A DNA stretch of 32,000 bases from Pseudodesulfovibrio piezophilus C1TLV30 (GCF_000341895.1 NC_020409.1:360001-392000), one strand, 5' to 3'. Shown: positions 8,267 to 17,864, counted from the first letter of the stretch. Numbers and translations are program-made. Notes: generated by a model not told the origin, from the sequence alone.

Positions 8267-9796
8267 ATGTCTCAGCCTAAAAAAACGCTTTTGCTGATTC
8301 TGGATGGTTGGGGCGTGGCACCAGAAGGTGCCGGGAACTGTGTCAAGACTGCTGACACTCCTCATCTGGATAGCATCATGGCCCACTATCCGCACACCCT
8401 TTTGGCGTGCTCAGGACGTGCTGTCGGACTCCCTGACGGTTTTATGGGGAATTCCGAAGTAGGCCATATGAATATCGGTGGTGGACGGATCATTTACCAA
8501 GATATGACCCGTATCGATATGGCTATTGAGAAAGGCGATTTCAACGGAAATCCTGTTTTGTCCGACCTTATCGAGAAGACGAAAGCGGGGAGTGGACGGC
8601 TCCATCTTATGGGTCTTGTTTCGGATGGTGGTGTCCATAGTCATATCAAGCACCTCGACGCGTTGCTTAAGCTGGCAAAAAAAGAAGGGCTCACTGAAGT
8701 CTTTGTGCATGTTTTTCTCGATGGTCGTGATACTCCTCCAACCAGCGGACTTAAATACACCCGGCAACTGATGAGTATATTAACTCAACTTGAAGTTGGT
8801 TCTGTCGCAACGATAACAGGGCGTTATTGGGTCATGGATAGGGATCAACGGTACGAGCGCGTTGAAAAGGCCTATAAAGCCTTGGTGGAAGGGAAAGGGA
8901 ATATTGTATCAGATCCATTATCAGGCATCAAAGCATCCTATGATGCCGGTGAGACTGATGAATTTTTCGAACCGAGTATTGTTGAAGGTGTCGATGGTCT
9001 ACTGCGAGACGGTGATGGGCTGTTTTTCTTCAATTTTCGTGCAGATCGTGCACGAGAGATAAGCAGGTCTCTTTTTGATTCGGATTTTGAAGAATTCGAA
9101 AGGGGGGCAGTTCCCTCATTGGCCGAGTTTGCAACAATGACTCAGTATGAATCCTCTTTTCCGCTTCCTGTAGCCTTTGCACCGGAAAAATATGCAGAAA
9201 CATTGGGTGAAGTCGTTTCTGGTAACGGATTGAAACAACTCCGTATAGCCGAGACCGAGAAATATGCCCATGTTACCTATTTTTTGAACTGCGGGCGAGA
9301 AGATCCATTCATCAAGGAAGATCGAATCATGATCCCTTCTCCTCGTGATGTTGCTACGTATGATAAAAAACCGTGCATGAGCGCGGTAAAAGTTACTGAG
9401 ACCCTGATTGAAAAGTTGAGTCAGTATGATCTTTGTGTTTGCAATTTGGCCAATCTCGATATGGTCGGACATACAGGGCTTCTTGACGCGACCTGTCAGG
9501 CTTGCATGACTGTTGATGATTGTGTGGGGAAAATAGTCAAAGCTGTACTGGAGGAGGGAGGTCGTATCCTTTTAACGGCGGATCATGGCAATGCAGAGCA
9601 GATGATCGCCACAGATGGAACTCCTCATACCGCCCATTCTACAAATCCGGTTCCTCTGGTATTCATTGAAAATGGAGCTGAAGAGGTTCTGTTGAGTGAA
9701 GGTATTCTCGCTGATATTGCCCCAACAATACTTGGCTTGTTGGGGCTGGAAAGACCTTCAGCGATGACCGGGAAAAATTTAATCATTAAAAGGTAA
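8267..9796 (+). CDS. gpmI: 2,3-bisphosphoglycerate-independent phosphoglycerate mutase
   Basis: It has the LLILDGWG and GNSEVGHMNIGGGR motifs, TADHGNAE near the C-terminus, and a length of about 509 aa. ATG 8267 is preferred over GTG 8264 because of the AGGTGGG spacing. Confidence 0.93.
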   Translation: MSQPKKTLLLILDGWGVAPEGAGNCVKTADTPHLDSIMAHYPHTLLACSGRAVGLPDGFMGNSEVGHMNIGGGRIIYQDMTRIDMAIEKGDFNGNPVLSDLIEKTKAGSGRLHLMGLVSDGGVHSHIKHLDALLKLAKKEGLTEVFVHVFLDGRDTPPTSGLKYTRQLMSILTQLEVGSVATITGRYWVMDRDQRYERVEKAYKALVEGKGNIVSDPLSGIKASYDAGETDEFFEPSIVEGVDGLLRDGDGLFFFNFRADRAREISRSLFDSDFEEFERGAVPSLAEFATMTQYESSFPLPVAFAPEKYAETLGEVVSGNGLKQLRIAETEKYAHVTYFLNCGREDPFIKEDRIMIPSPRDVATYDKKPCMSAVKVTETLIEKLSQYDLCVCNLANLDMVGHTGLLDATCQACMTVDDCVGKIVKAVLEEGGRILLTADHGNAEQMIATDGTPHTAHSTNPVPLVFIENGAEEVLLSEGILADIAPTILGLLGLERPSAMTGKNLIIKR

Positions 9797-9798
9797 GT

Positions 9799-10041
9799 AT
9801 GTCTGGAAGTAAAAAACCACTGACTCCTGTCAAGCCCGCTGGAATGGAACTCATCTTTCTCTATCCGTGCCCTCATTGCAGTCGAGAGGTTCCACTCATT
9901 GCACCGTCTCGTCCTGCTATGGCACAATGTGACGCTTGTAGAGAGAACTTTCCAATTGTTCCCGTGGATGATCGAACTATTCGGTATATGAAAGTTATAT
10001 TAGCTGGAGGTAAGGCTGGTATTGACCCGGATTTTCTTTGA
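9799..10041 (+). CDS. Small hypothetical protein with a CxxC-X18-CxxC zinc-ribbon-like motif
   Basis: The ATG lies 2 nt after the gpmI stop codon, suggesting translational coupling. The motif is CPHC...CDAC. I recognise no family. Confidence 0.55.
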   Translation: MSGSKKPLTPVKPAGMELIFLYPCPHCSREVPLIAPSRPAMAQCDACRENFPIVPVDDRTIRYMKVILAGGKAGIDPDFL

Positions 10042-10106
10042 TTTAGGGAAAGTTGAGAAGGGCAGAAGTGGCATTTTAAAGGTTTAAAAAAAATCTAGAG
10101 TTTTTC

Positions 10107-10127
10107 AAGATGTCTGCTCAACATCTT
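10107..10127. promoter_or_regulatory. Inverted repeat AAGATGT-N7-ACATCTT, possible upstream activator site
   Basis: The 7-bp arms are perfect. The centre lies about 55 bp upstream of the -24 element of the putative sigma54 promoter. Confidence 0.3.
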
Positions 10128-10170
10128 AAATATACAGATTTTTTTTGTTTAAAATCAATCGACGGATAAT

Positions 10171-10186
10171 TGGCTTTACTCTTGCT
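10171..10186 (+). promoter_or_regulatory. Putative sigma54 (-24/-12) promoter of the MCP gene
   Basis: TGGCTTTACTCTTGCT matches TGGCACG-N4-TTGCW, with exact GG-N10-GC spacing and an intact TTGC. It ends 45 nt before ATG 10231. Confidence 0.5.
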
Positions 10187-10230
10187 GGTACTCAGTCAGT
10201 TTTTTATATTTGATTAGAGGAAGACATTCG

Positions 10231-11955
10231 ATGAAGCGACGTAAAGATGTGTACCACGCTGTATTTATGATTTTTTTGGTTACTGGGACAGGACTTCTTT
10301 CATTTGGTGGGGAAGCGATAGGGGCCGAATCGGAAGTCACAATTCTGTCATCAAAGGGCAATACCTTGGCTTGGAGTTTAACAGGAGGCACCCTTTTTTT
10401 TGCACTCTGTCTTATAGGGATACTTCTTGCTTATCGTGTAAGAAATACCAAGCGAGAAAGAGTACTGTCCATAATTTTTGATCACATTATTGCTCACAGG
10501 CCGGAAGATGCCGTCCAAGTTCTTCAGAGTAACGATTTTGTAAATAACTTTGTAAGTTTAAACCAAATTGTAAGCTATGTAAGTGGACTGGAACAAAAGC
10601 TCGAGGAGAGTGAAAGTCTAGCTTGTGATGCAGAAAACAAGGCGTGCTTTGCACTGGATCAAGCGATTCAAGCACGGGAATTGGGTGAAGTCGCGAGATG
10701 CCAAGGGTTACTTTCTGCCGCAGAGACCCTGGACCTCTCTGTTCAGGCAATACGGGACCAATCCGAACACCTTGGTATTGCTTCGGGTAAAGCTCAGGAT
10801 GGCGCTTTTGATCAGCAGCGTTATATTTCAGAATCCGTTTCTGCCATGGAAGAGATGAATGCTTCTGTTGGCGAGTCTGCATCGAATGCAGAAGCAGCTG
10901 CTTCTGATGCGGAGAAAACAAAAGAATTCGCACAGAAAGGGGCATTGGTGGTGACAAGAACGTTGGATTCCATCAGTTCTGTTTCCGGCAATTCTCAATC
11001 CTTGGCTGGCCGGGTGGCTGACCTGGGTGCGCAGGCTGAAGGTGTTGGAAAGATCATGGGAGTCATTTCTGATATTGCGGACCAGACAAATCTTCTTGCT
11101 CTCAATGCGGCAATCGAAGCAGCACGAGCAGGTGAGGCAGGACGGGGCTTCGCTGTCGTTGCCGATGAAGTTCGCAAACTTGCGGAGAAGACAATGGAAG
11201 CAACAAAAGATGTCGGTGTTGCTATTCAAGGGATTCAGGAGCAGGTAGATATTACTATCGAGGGAGTCGAGAATATGACAGGCCTTGCTGATGAGGCTGC
11301 TGTTCTTGCTCATGAATCTGGCAATGCTCTTGAAGAAATTGTTGCCATTGCAGGGGCTAGTGCTGATCGAATTCGTTCAATTGCAGCAGCTGCAGCCCAG
11401 CAGTCCATTGCAAGCGAAGAAGTCACGAGAACCATTACCGAAGTGCATTCGATTTCTGCATCGACAGGTGAAGAGATGGAAAAGGCCTCTACGGCAGTTG
11501 TCGTTTTAGCGGAACGGGTCGAAGATCTCTCTACCATGACAGGCGTATTTAGATTGGTTGGAAATGGCAAGGTACAAGAAATTATAGGTGATCTGGCTTC
11601 TTCCTCTGATGTTCAATCACTTGAACGATCGAGGCAGGAAGTCGCCATGAGACGCGCTTTGAAGGCGAATGATTTCTTGGAATTGATGTATATTACAGAC
11701 TCTCAAGGGACACAGACTGTGAGTAATCTTGGAGGGAAGGATATGAATTATTCCGAAGACCAATCAGCATATGGTTCACAGTGGGCATCCCGAGCTTGGT
11801 TTGTTGGTGCTGTTGAAAATAAAACATTTTATATTTCAGATGTGTATCTTTCGTCAGCTTCAGGTGAAAAATGCATTACAGTCTCATGCCCATTTCTTGA
11901 TTCGGATGGCGCAGTAAAAGGTGTAATCGCGACAGATGTGCGTATTGCAATATAG
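10231..11955 (+). CDS. Methyl-accepting chemotaxis protein with a C-terminal Cache/PAS-like module
   Basis: It has the highly conserved MA hairpin [32 protein letters not shown]. There are two N-terminal TM helices separated by only about 25 aa. ATG 10231 is preceded by AGAGGAAG; the track start at 10210 is TTG. Confidence 0.9.
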   Translation: MKRRKDVYHAVFMIFLVTGTGLLSFGGEAIGAESEVTILSSKGNTLAWSLTGGTLFFALCLIGILLAYRVRNTKRERVLSIIFDHIIAHRPEDAVQVLQSNDFVNNFVSLNQIVSYVSGLEQKLEESESLACDAENKACFALDQAIQARELGEVARCQGLLSAAETLDLSVQAIRDQSEHLGIASGKAQDGAFDQQRYISESVSAMEEMNASVGESASNAEAAASDAEKTKEFAQKGALVVTRTLDSISSVSGNSQSLAGRVADLGAQAEGVGKIMGVISDIADQTNLLALNAAIEAARAGEAGRGFAVVADEVRKLAEKTMEATKDVGVAIQGIQEQVDITIEGVENMTGLADEAAVLAHESGNALEEIVAIAGASADRIRSIAAAAAQQSIASEEVTRTITEVHSISASTGEEMEKASTAVVVLAERVEDLSTMTGVFRLVGNGKVQEIIGDLASSSDVQSLERSRQEVAMRRALKANDFLELMYITDSQGTQTVSNLGGKDMNYSEDQSAYGSQWASRAWFVGAVENKTFYISDVYLSSASGEKCITVSCPFLDSDGAVKGVIATDVRIAI

Positions 11956-11980
11956 GATTATTACCAGAAATGTCTTTGAG

Positions 11981-12011
11981 GCCGAAAAGGAATTCCTTTT
12001 CGGCTTTTTTT
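11981..12011 (+). terminator. Intrinsic terminator after the MCP gene; the stem also abuts the EamA stop codon
   Basis: A perfect 24-nt palindrome, GCCGAAAAGGAATTCCTTTTCGGC, is followed by T7. Confidence 0.8.
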
Positions 12012-12906
12012 ATTGCCTGGAACGACATTGCATTAAAATGGTGCCTATTATTATGAATATGAGTCCAACTATCGTCGTTGTCAAAATCTCCTCGCCAACG
12101 AGAAGATGAATAAAAAAGAGTGAGAGAAATGGAGAGAGGAATATAAGGTTTGCAATTCGAGCTGTTCCTCCGCCATTTGGTTGTGCTGCATATTTCATCG
12201 CTGTTAACCACAAAGCAAAGGTTATTCCCATTTCGAAGAAGCCGACGTAGGTCGCTCCAATCAGCCCCCATAGATTGGGAGAAGGGAGTTCTGAAAATAT
12301 AAGCGTTGTTAAAAAAATGAAGGGTAATCCAAAAGCAAAATTGAGGAGAAGGATAAGGATTGGAGGGAGGGCGCTTGTGGTGTTGAAAATCCAGTAAAAA
12401 GCCCAAATGAGAGTGCTGGTTAATGCGAGTGATACTCCAAGAGGATTTGAGAATTTCAAGTTGAAAATTTCCCCATGTGTAGAAATGATTAACACACCAA
12501 TATAACACGTGAATATCGCTCCGATATCCTTACCCGTCATTTTTTGTTTAAGGAGTGGGACTGAAAGAAGGGAAATCGTGATTGCCCACGTATAGTTAAG
12601 TGGTTGTGCTTCTTGTGCTGGAAGCAATTCATATGCTTTGAATAGAAGAATATAATATAAAAATGGATTGAGAAATCCAAGCAAAGCACACCGAACTAGG
12701 TCGGATCGTTTTATTCTTTTCAGTTCGTAAAGTTTGCCTTGAATTAATGATATAGTTATCAGCGCAAAGAGAGATGCCGTGCTTGCACAGAGTAAAAATT
12801 GCAGCGGGTCAAGGTAACGAAGTGATAGTTTGAAGGCAGAAGCGACAGTGGACCATAAGCCCACTGTCGCCAGGCCGTAGAGAAGAGCTTTGCGGGAGTT
12901 CGTCAC
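12010..12906 (-). CDS. DMT superfamily (EamA-like) transporter
   Basis: It is 298 aa with about 10 TM segments and has the typical EamA N-terminus (ALLYGLATVGLWSTVASAFKLSL). Confidence 0.8.
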   Translation of the reverse strand: MTNSRKALLYGLATVGLWSTVASAFKLSLRYLDPLQFLLCASTASLFALITISLIQGKLYELKRIKRSDLVRCALLGFLNPFLYYILLFKAYELLPAQEAQPLNYTWAITISLLSVPLLKQKMTGKDIGAIFTCYIGVLIISTHGEIFNLKFSNPLGVSLALTSTLIWAFYWIFNTTSALPPILILLLNFAFGLPFIFLTTLIFSELPSPNLWGLIGATYVGFFEMGITFALWLTAMKYAAQPNGGGTARIANLIFLSPFLSLFFIHLLVGEEILTTTIVGLIFIIIGTILMQCRSRQ

Positions 12907-12911
12907 AAAAA

Positions 12912-13571
12912 TTAAAGAATGACGTGCTTTTGTATGTGAGAGACGACTTCATCCGGATCATCTGTGACAATGAACAGGTCGAGGTCCGTGCTTTCGGCAA
13001 AATGATTGACCACTAATTGTTCTTTGAACCAATCAACCAAGCCCCCCCAGAATTGAGTGCCGAAGAGGACTATCGGGAAAGGCTTGATTCGATGGGTCTG
13101 AATGAGTACGAGTGCCTCTGCGAGTTCATCAAGGGTGCCGAATCCACCAGGGAGAGCGACGTATGCCAGTGCATATTTTATAAACATGAGTTTTCTGATG
13201 AAAAAGTATCGAAAGTCACTGCGGATGTTAAGGTATGGATTGTTGTGCTGTTCCATTGGGAGGTGAATGTGCAGGCCTATCGATTCGCCGCCATTTTCAA
13301 AGGCTCCTTTGTTGCCAGCTTCCATGAGCCCTGGACCACCTCCTGTTATGACCGAAAAACCTGCTTGCGAGAGTTTTTTGGAGAGTTCAACCGTACTCGC
13401 ATAAAGAGGCTCGTCAGGTTTGACTCGTGCTGAACCAAACATTGAAACTGCTGGACCAATTTCGGATAAATTTTCAAAACCATCGACAATTTCCGACATG
13501 ATTTTGAAAAGGCGCCAGGATTCTTGTATCGAGAGGTCGTCGATGAGATATTGTTTTGAGCGGCGTTTCAT
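12912..13571 (-). CDS. LOG family protein (TIGR00730-type nucleotide 5'-monophosphate nucleosidase)
   Basis: It has the signature motifs GGGPGLMEA and PGGFGTLDE. Confidence 0.88.
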   Translation of the reverse strand: MKRRSKQYLIDDLSIQESWRLFKIMSEIVDGFENLSEIGPAVSMFGSARVKPDEPLYASTVELSKKLSQAGFSVITGGGPGLMEAGNKGAFENGGESIGLHIHLPMEQHNNPYLNIRSDFRYFFIRKLMFIKYALAYVALPGGFGTLDELAEALVLIQTHRIKPFPIVLFGTQFWGGLVDWFKEQLVVNHFAESTDLDLFIVTDDPDEVVSHIQKHVIL

Positions 13572-13766
13572 GGGAACTCCTTGTTCTTTTGGTGATGTTA
13601 ATCTCGGTATGGAGAAGTTGCCTGATCATCGTTAATAAGGCATGTATGCACAGTCGGCAGTGAATGTAAGCGTCTGCCGTCACATTATTATTACACCGAT
13701 TTTTGTCCTTTCGAAAGAGTATTGTTGCATGTATTTCCACACCTCATAAAAGCGAGAAGATTCTTT

Positions 13767-15374
13767 ATGAAAATAACCTTCATGGGTGCGGCCCGGACTG
13801 TTAGCGGATCTTGTTATATTATTGAATGTGGGGGTAAACGATTTGCTCTCGATTGTGGATTGCATCAAGGAAACAAGGAAATAGAGAAGAGAAATCGGAA
13901 TTTTGATGCATATGGTGCTAAAAATCTCGATTTTATACTGATTACTCACGCCCATATTGATCATAGTGGCCTCTTGCCAGCCCTGGTCGCCAAAGGGTTT
14001 AAGAATCCGATTTATTGTACAGCTCCAACGAGGGATTTGTTAGAAATAATGCTCCTCGATAGTGCTCATATTCAAGAAATGGAAGCTGAATGGGCGAACC
14101 GCAAGCGAATGAGAACAGGAGTTCAACCGGTACGCAGTTTGTACAGTATTGTAGATGCTGAAGGGACAATCCCTTTATTGGCCTCTGTTGAATATGACAA
14201 AACGTTTGAACCGGCACCAGGTATAAAAGTGACCTACAAAAATGCCGGACATATTTTGGGGTCGGCATTTATTGAGATTGAATACGAACAGGATGGTAAA
14301 AGAACCAAAGCCGTTTTCTCGGGGGATTTGGGACGTCCTGAGCAGTTGATTGTCGAAGACCCGGTTGGTGTCGAGACTGCTGATTATGTTTTTCTCGAAT
14401 CTACCTATGGTAATCGTAATCATCCCAACGAAGAACATAATCTAGACGAACTGGCGGCCGCCATTGACTATAGTTATGCCAATGGCGAAAAGGTTGTCAT
14501 CCCGGCCTTTGCTGTCGAAAGGTCGCAACAGATTATCTATTCACTTTTTCTGCTCAAGAAGCAGGGGCGTCTTCCTGCTGACATGCCTGTTTATCTTGAT
14601 AGTCCTCTTGCTATTCGCGCGACGGAAATATTCAGGAAACATCCGGAATTTTATGATGAGCAGACTCAGGAATTTATTCGGCGAGGGGAACACCCTCTGG
14701 ATCTCCCGAATTTACATTTTACCCAAACTCGGGATCAGTCCCAGGCTATTAATGAGAGTGACGGGCCTGCAATTGTCATCTCGGCGAGTGGAATGGCCAA
14801 TGCCGGGCGTATTAAACATCATCTGCGGCATAATCTATGGAAGCCCGGAGCCAGTGTTATTTTCGTCGGATGGCAGGGAGTCGGAACTCCTGGGCGGAAG
14901 ATTCTCAACGGAGCCAAAAAAATCAGGTTATTCGGAGAAGAGGTCGCTATTAATGCAAAAATCTTTACGATTAACGGCTTTTCCGGTCATGCTGGGCAGG
15001 ATGATTTGATGAGTTGGTTGGGGGCCATGCGCGGGAAGCCGGTCAAGGTCATTCTTGTGCATGGGGAGGCTGAGGTTCAAAAAGAATTTGCAAACTTGAT
15101 ATCAGAAAAATTTGGTTTTGAAGTTCATATACCTGAATATATGGAAGAATTAGAGCTTGAACCAGGGCAGGAACTCGAACCTGTTGTTGATATGGATATT
15201 GCTCAACCCAGAGTGGATTGGGAATACATCCTCCGAGATTCTCAATCTCTGTATGCAGAATTGAAATCGCGAGTTCAAGATGTTGAAAATCGTCCCTGGG
15301 TTGACCAGGTTGAATTGAGAGACAAGTTGCTGGACGTCAACCGCGATATTCTCGCGCTAATTTCAGAGATGTAA
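13767..15374 (+). CDS. MBL-fold beta-CASP family ribonuclease/hydrolase
   Basis: It has the HAHIDHSG (HxHxDH) motif, a beta-CASP-type middle region and a C-terminal H (VHGE). The MKITFMG start at 13767 is preferred over the longer track ORF. Confidence 0.85.
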   Translation: MKITFMGAARTVSGSCYIIECGGKRFALDCGLHQGNKEIEKRNRNFDAYGAKNLDFILITHAHIDHSGLLPALVAKGFKNPIYCTAPTRDLLEIMLLDSAHIQEMEAEWANRKRMRTGVQPVRSLYSIVDAEGTIPLLASVEYDKTFEPAPGIKVTYKNAGHILGSAFIEIEYEQDGKRTKAVFSGDLGRPEQLIVEDPVGVETADYVFLESTYGNRNHPNEEHNLDELAAAIDYSYANGEKVVIPAFAVERSQQIIYSLFLLKKQGRLPADMPVYLDSPLAIRATEIFRKHPEFYDEQTQEFIRRGEHPLDLPNLHFTQTRDQSQAINESDGPAIVISASGMANAGRIKHHLRHNLWKPGASVIFVGWQGVGTPGRKILNGAKKIRLFGEEVAINAKIFTINGFSGHAGQDDLMSWLGAMRGKPVKVILVHGEAEVQKEFANLISEKFGFEVHIPEYMEELELEPGQELEPVVDMDIAQPRVDWEYILRDSQSLYAELKSRVQDVENRPWVDQVELRDKLLDVNRDILALISEM

Positions 15375-15935
15375 ATGCGAATCGTTGGTGGACGGTATAA
15401 AGGGCGAAGAATTAAGACCTGCGAAGGTCCCGGTTATCGCCCTGCAACGATGAAAGTTCGGGAATCGATTTTTTCTATGTTGTCGGCAAGGGGTGTTGAT
15501 TTTTCCACTGCTCGTGTCATTGACATGTTTGCGGGAAGTGGAAGTTTGGGAATGGAGTGTTTGAGCAGAGGAGTACCTTCTGCCTGGTTTGTTGAAAAGA
15601 GCCATAAAGCCGCAGGTTTAATTAGGAAAAATTTACTTGACCTTGGTATTGAAAAGAAGCGGGCCAAGGTCATGAGCAAGGACCTTTTCGCTGTTCTTTC
15701 CAAACAGCCGGAGCTCCCATTTGATCTGGTATTTATTGATCCGCCTTATGGGCGAGATCTGTTGGTCCCTGCCTTGGAGAAAGCGTTGGAAAAGTCATGG
15801 ATTGCTGACGGAGCGTTTGTCCTTGCAGAAGTGGAAACATCAGTACTGCCTTCCGCAGATGGGCGTATTGCGGATATGGAACTTCTAACCGATCGTGAAT
15901 ACGGTCAAACCAGGATTCTATTATGGCGGAATTAA
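15375..15935 (+). CDS. rsmD: 16S rRNA (guanine966-N2)-methyltransferase
   Basis: It has MRIVGGRYKGRRI, a GSGSLGME SAM site and an IDPPY motif. The ATG immediately follows the upstream stop codon. Confidence 0.88.
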   Translation: MRIVGGRYKGRRIKTCEGPGYRPATMKVRESIFSMLSARGVDFSTARVIDMFAGSGSLGMECLSRGVPSAWFVEKSHKAAGLIRKNLLDLGIEKKRAKVMSKDLFAVLSKQPELPFDLVFIDPPYGRDLLVPALEKALEKSWIADGAFVLAEVETSVLPSADGRIADMELLTDREYGQTRILLWRN

Positions 15936-16441
15936 ATCCAAAGATAGCCGTTTACCCCGGCACTTTCGACCCATTGACTATGGGGCATGTCAGTTTGATT
16001 AGGCGTGGACTCACAATTTTTGACACAGTTGTCCTTGCTATTGCCGAAAGTACCCCCAAAAAAACACTCTTTTCTGTAGAGGAACGAGTGGCGATGGCTC
16101 ACGATGTGTTTCAGGGAGAGTGTAATCTTGTTATTGAGCCATTCAACAGTTTGCTTATTGACTATGTGGCAAGTAAAGGCGCGGGGGTCATCATGCGCGG
16201 TCTTCGAGCGGTCTCTGATTTCGAATATGAGTTTCAGATGGCTTTGATGAATCGAAAATTAGCGCAGAAAATTGAAACAGTCTTCATGATGACTGATTTT
16301 CAGTGGATGTACTTGAGTTCGACGATCGTCAAGGAGGTTGCCAAATATGGTGGTGATGTCTGTGGATTGGTTCCAGAGCAAGTCATTGATCCGCTCCAAG
16401 TTCGCTACGGTGTTCAATTTGGTTGTGCGGAGGGCAAGTAA
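15923..16441 (+). CDS. coaD: Pantetheine-phosphate adenylyltransferase
   Basis: It has the YPGTFDPLTMGH nucleotidyltransferase motif and the downstream pattern RGLRAVSDFEYE. It is 172 aa and overlaps rsmD by 13 nt. Confidence 0.93.
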   Translation: MAELNPKIAVYPGTFDPLTMGHVSLIRRGLTIFDTVVLAIAESTPKKTLFSVEERVAMAHDVFQGECNLVIEPFNSLLIDYVASKGAGVIMRGLRAVSDFEYEFQMALMNRKLAQKIETVFMMTDFQWMYLSSTIVKEVAKYGGDVCGLVPEQVIDPLQVRYGVQFGCAEGK

Positions 16442-16447
16442 GCTCCC

Positions 16448-17392
16448 ATGAAACAAATTCCTTCAGTCGTTTGCCTGCTTGGTCCAACTGGTACAGGGAA
16501 AACGGCAGCAGCCATTACGCTATCCCGCCAGGTTCCGGTGAGTGTCATTAATTTTGATTCTCGCCAAGTCTATGCTGACTTCCCTCTTATTACGGCACAG
16601 CCCAATGAGGAAGAGCAGAGCATGTGCCCTCATCTTTTATATGGTTTCTTACCAACAGAGACGAAGATGACAGCGGCCCGGTTCGTTACGTTGGCAATGG
16701 AAAAGATCAATGAGGTGTGGAAAGCAGGACGACTGCCGGTTTTAGTCGGAGGGACTGGGATGTATTTACGCTCTCTTTTACAGGGAATTGCGCCAATACC
16801 TCCCATCCCTGAGGAAATTCGCACAGCAGTCTTGGCTCGAGTGCAATCAGAGGGGCCGCAAAAACTCCATGAAGAATTGCTGGCTACCGATCCTGACTAT
16901 GCTGCGAAAATTCATCCGAACGATGCACAGAGAAATAGCCGGGCGGCTGAAGTCTTTCTTGCTACCGGAAAGAATATGACATGGTGGCATACCAATAGCG
17001 AACATATTCCTGCTCCATGCAAGGCTTTGAAAATAGGTATTGATATATCCCTCAAAGAGTTGGAACCGCATCTTGCGGCTCGAATCGATTCCATGCTTGA
17101 ACTTGGGGCTCTTCAAGAGGCCCAAGTTGCTCTGGCCGCATGTCCGGACCCACGAGCTCCGGGGTGGACCGGAATAGGGTGTGCTGAATTATTGGCGTAT
17201 CTGCAAAAGGAAATATCACTTGAAACTGCCCAGCTTGAATGGATCAAGCATACTCGAGCTTACGCCAAGCGGCAGATAACCTGGTTTAAAAAAGAGACTG
17301 ACATCAACTGGTTTTCCCTTGGCGAAGGGGAAGCTGTTGCTGAGTTTGCTTTGCAATGGCTTGATAAGAGTGGAGTTAACTTTCGGCGATAA
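16448..17392 (+). CDS. miaA: tRNA dimethylallyltransferase
   Basis: It has the P-loop GPTGTGKT, the FDSRQVY motif and the segment GGTGMYLRSLLQG. Confidence 0.92.
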   Translation: MKQIPSVVCLLGPTGTGKTAAAITLSRQVPVSVINFDSRQVYADFPLITAQPNEEEQSMCPHLLYGFLPTETKMTAARFVTLAMEKINEVWKAGRLPVLVGGTGMYLRSLLQGIAPIPPIPEEIRTAVLARVQSEGPQKLHEELLATDPDYAAKIHPNDAQRNSRAAEVFLATGKNMTWWHTNSEHIPAPCKALKIGIDISLKELEPHLAARIDSMLELGALQEAQVALAACPDPRAPGWTGIGCAELLAYLQKEISLETAQLEWIKHTRAYAKRQITWFKKETDINWFSLGEGEAVAEFALQWLDKSGVNFRR

Positions 17393-17864
17393 ATGTCAGA
17401 TGTGCTGGAGAGAGGTGCCAATTCAGGCTTGCGAGTCTTGTGCCTGTTCCCATTAAAAGTTGTATAAGACCGCCATTTTCTATTACTATTTTGAGATGCT
17501 CAGATCCTGTTAAAAGGGTTGAAACAAGTCTTGTCAATGAGGGCTGATGGCCTGTAATCAATATCGAATCCAGGCCTTCGTACTCTTGAATAAAATCCAG
17601 AGTGGACTGAGGAGCGGCCATTGGTGTTACTGTGTCACTCAATTCAATGCGCTTCAAAGGATAGTTCGTCCCCTGGGCCATGATTTCGGCTGTTTGGAAT
17701 GAACGAGGTTTGTGACTGGCAATTATCAGTTCAAAGTTAAGTCCAAGCCTTTGTGCCGCTTTTGCCGATTTTTCAATTTGTTCTCGGCCAACAGGACTGA
17801 GAGGTTGAGTAGGATCAAGCTCTTTGGGCAGGCAGGCTCCGTGTTGCATTAAATGAATTAACAT
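17376..17864 (-). CDS. sixA: SixA-like phosphohistidine phosphatase (histidine phosphatase superfamily)
   Basis: It has SixA-like length and pattern (LMQHG...PLSPVGREQ...ITGHQPSL). The usual RHG motif reads QHG here. Confidence 0.75.
   Translation of the reverse strand: MLIHLMQHGACLPKELDPTQPLSPVGREQIEKSAKAAQRLGLNFELIIASHKPRSFQTAEIMAQGTNYPLKRIELSDTVTPMAAPQSTLDFIQEYEGLDSILITGHQPSLTRLVSTLLTGSEHLKIVIENGGLIQLLMGTGTRLASLNWHLSPAHLTFIAES

Noticed and set aside
10141-10170. A possible FliA/sigma28 promoter (TAAA...CGGATAA) upstream of the MCP gene.
   Set aside because: The spacing between the TAAA and CGATAA-like elements is about 9 nt rather than about 15, and the -10 match is imperfect. The sigma54 match immediately downstream is much better.
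10487-11313. Two ORFs of 156 and 161 aa antisense to the MCP gene, plus several 60-86 aa ORFs in the same region.
   Set aside because: They are shadow ORFs produced by the Ala/Glu/Ser-rich periodic coding of the MA domain. The MCP frame is strongly supported.
11876-12508. A 210-aa minus-strand ORF overlapping the EamA gene in another frame. A similar case is the 181-aa + ORF at 14464-15009 inside the beta-CASP gene.
   Set aside because: The alternative frames encode recognisable full-length family members. These ORFs have no motifs and implausible composition.
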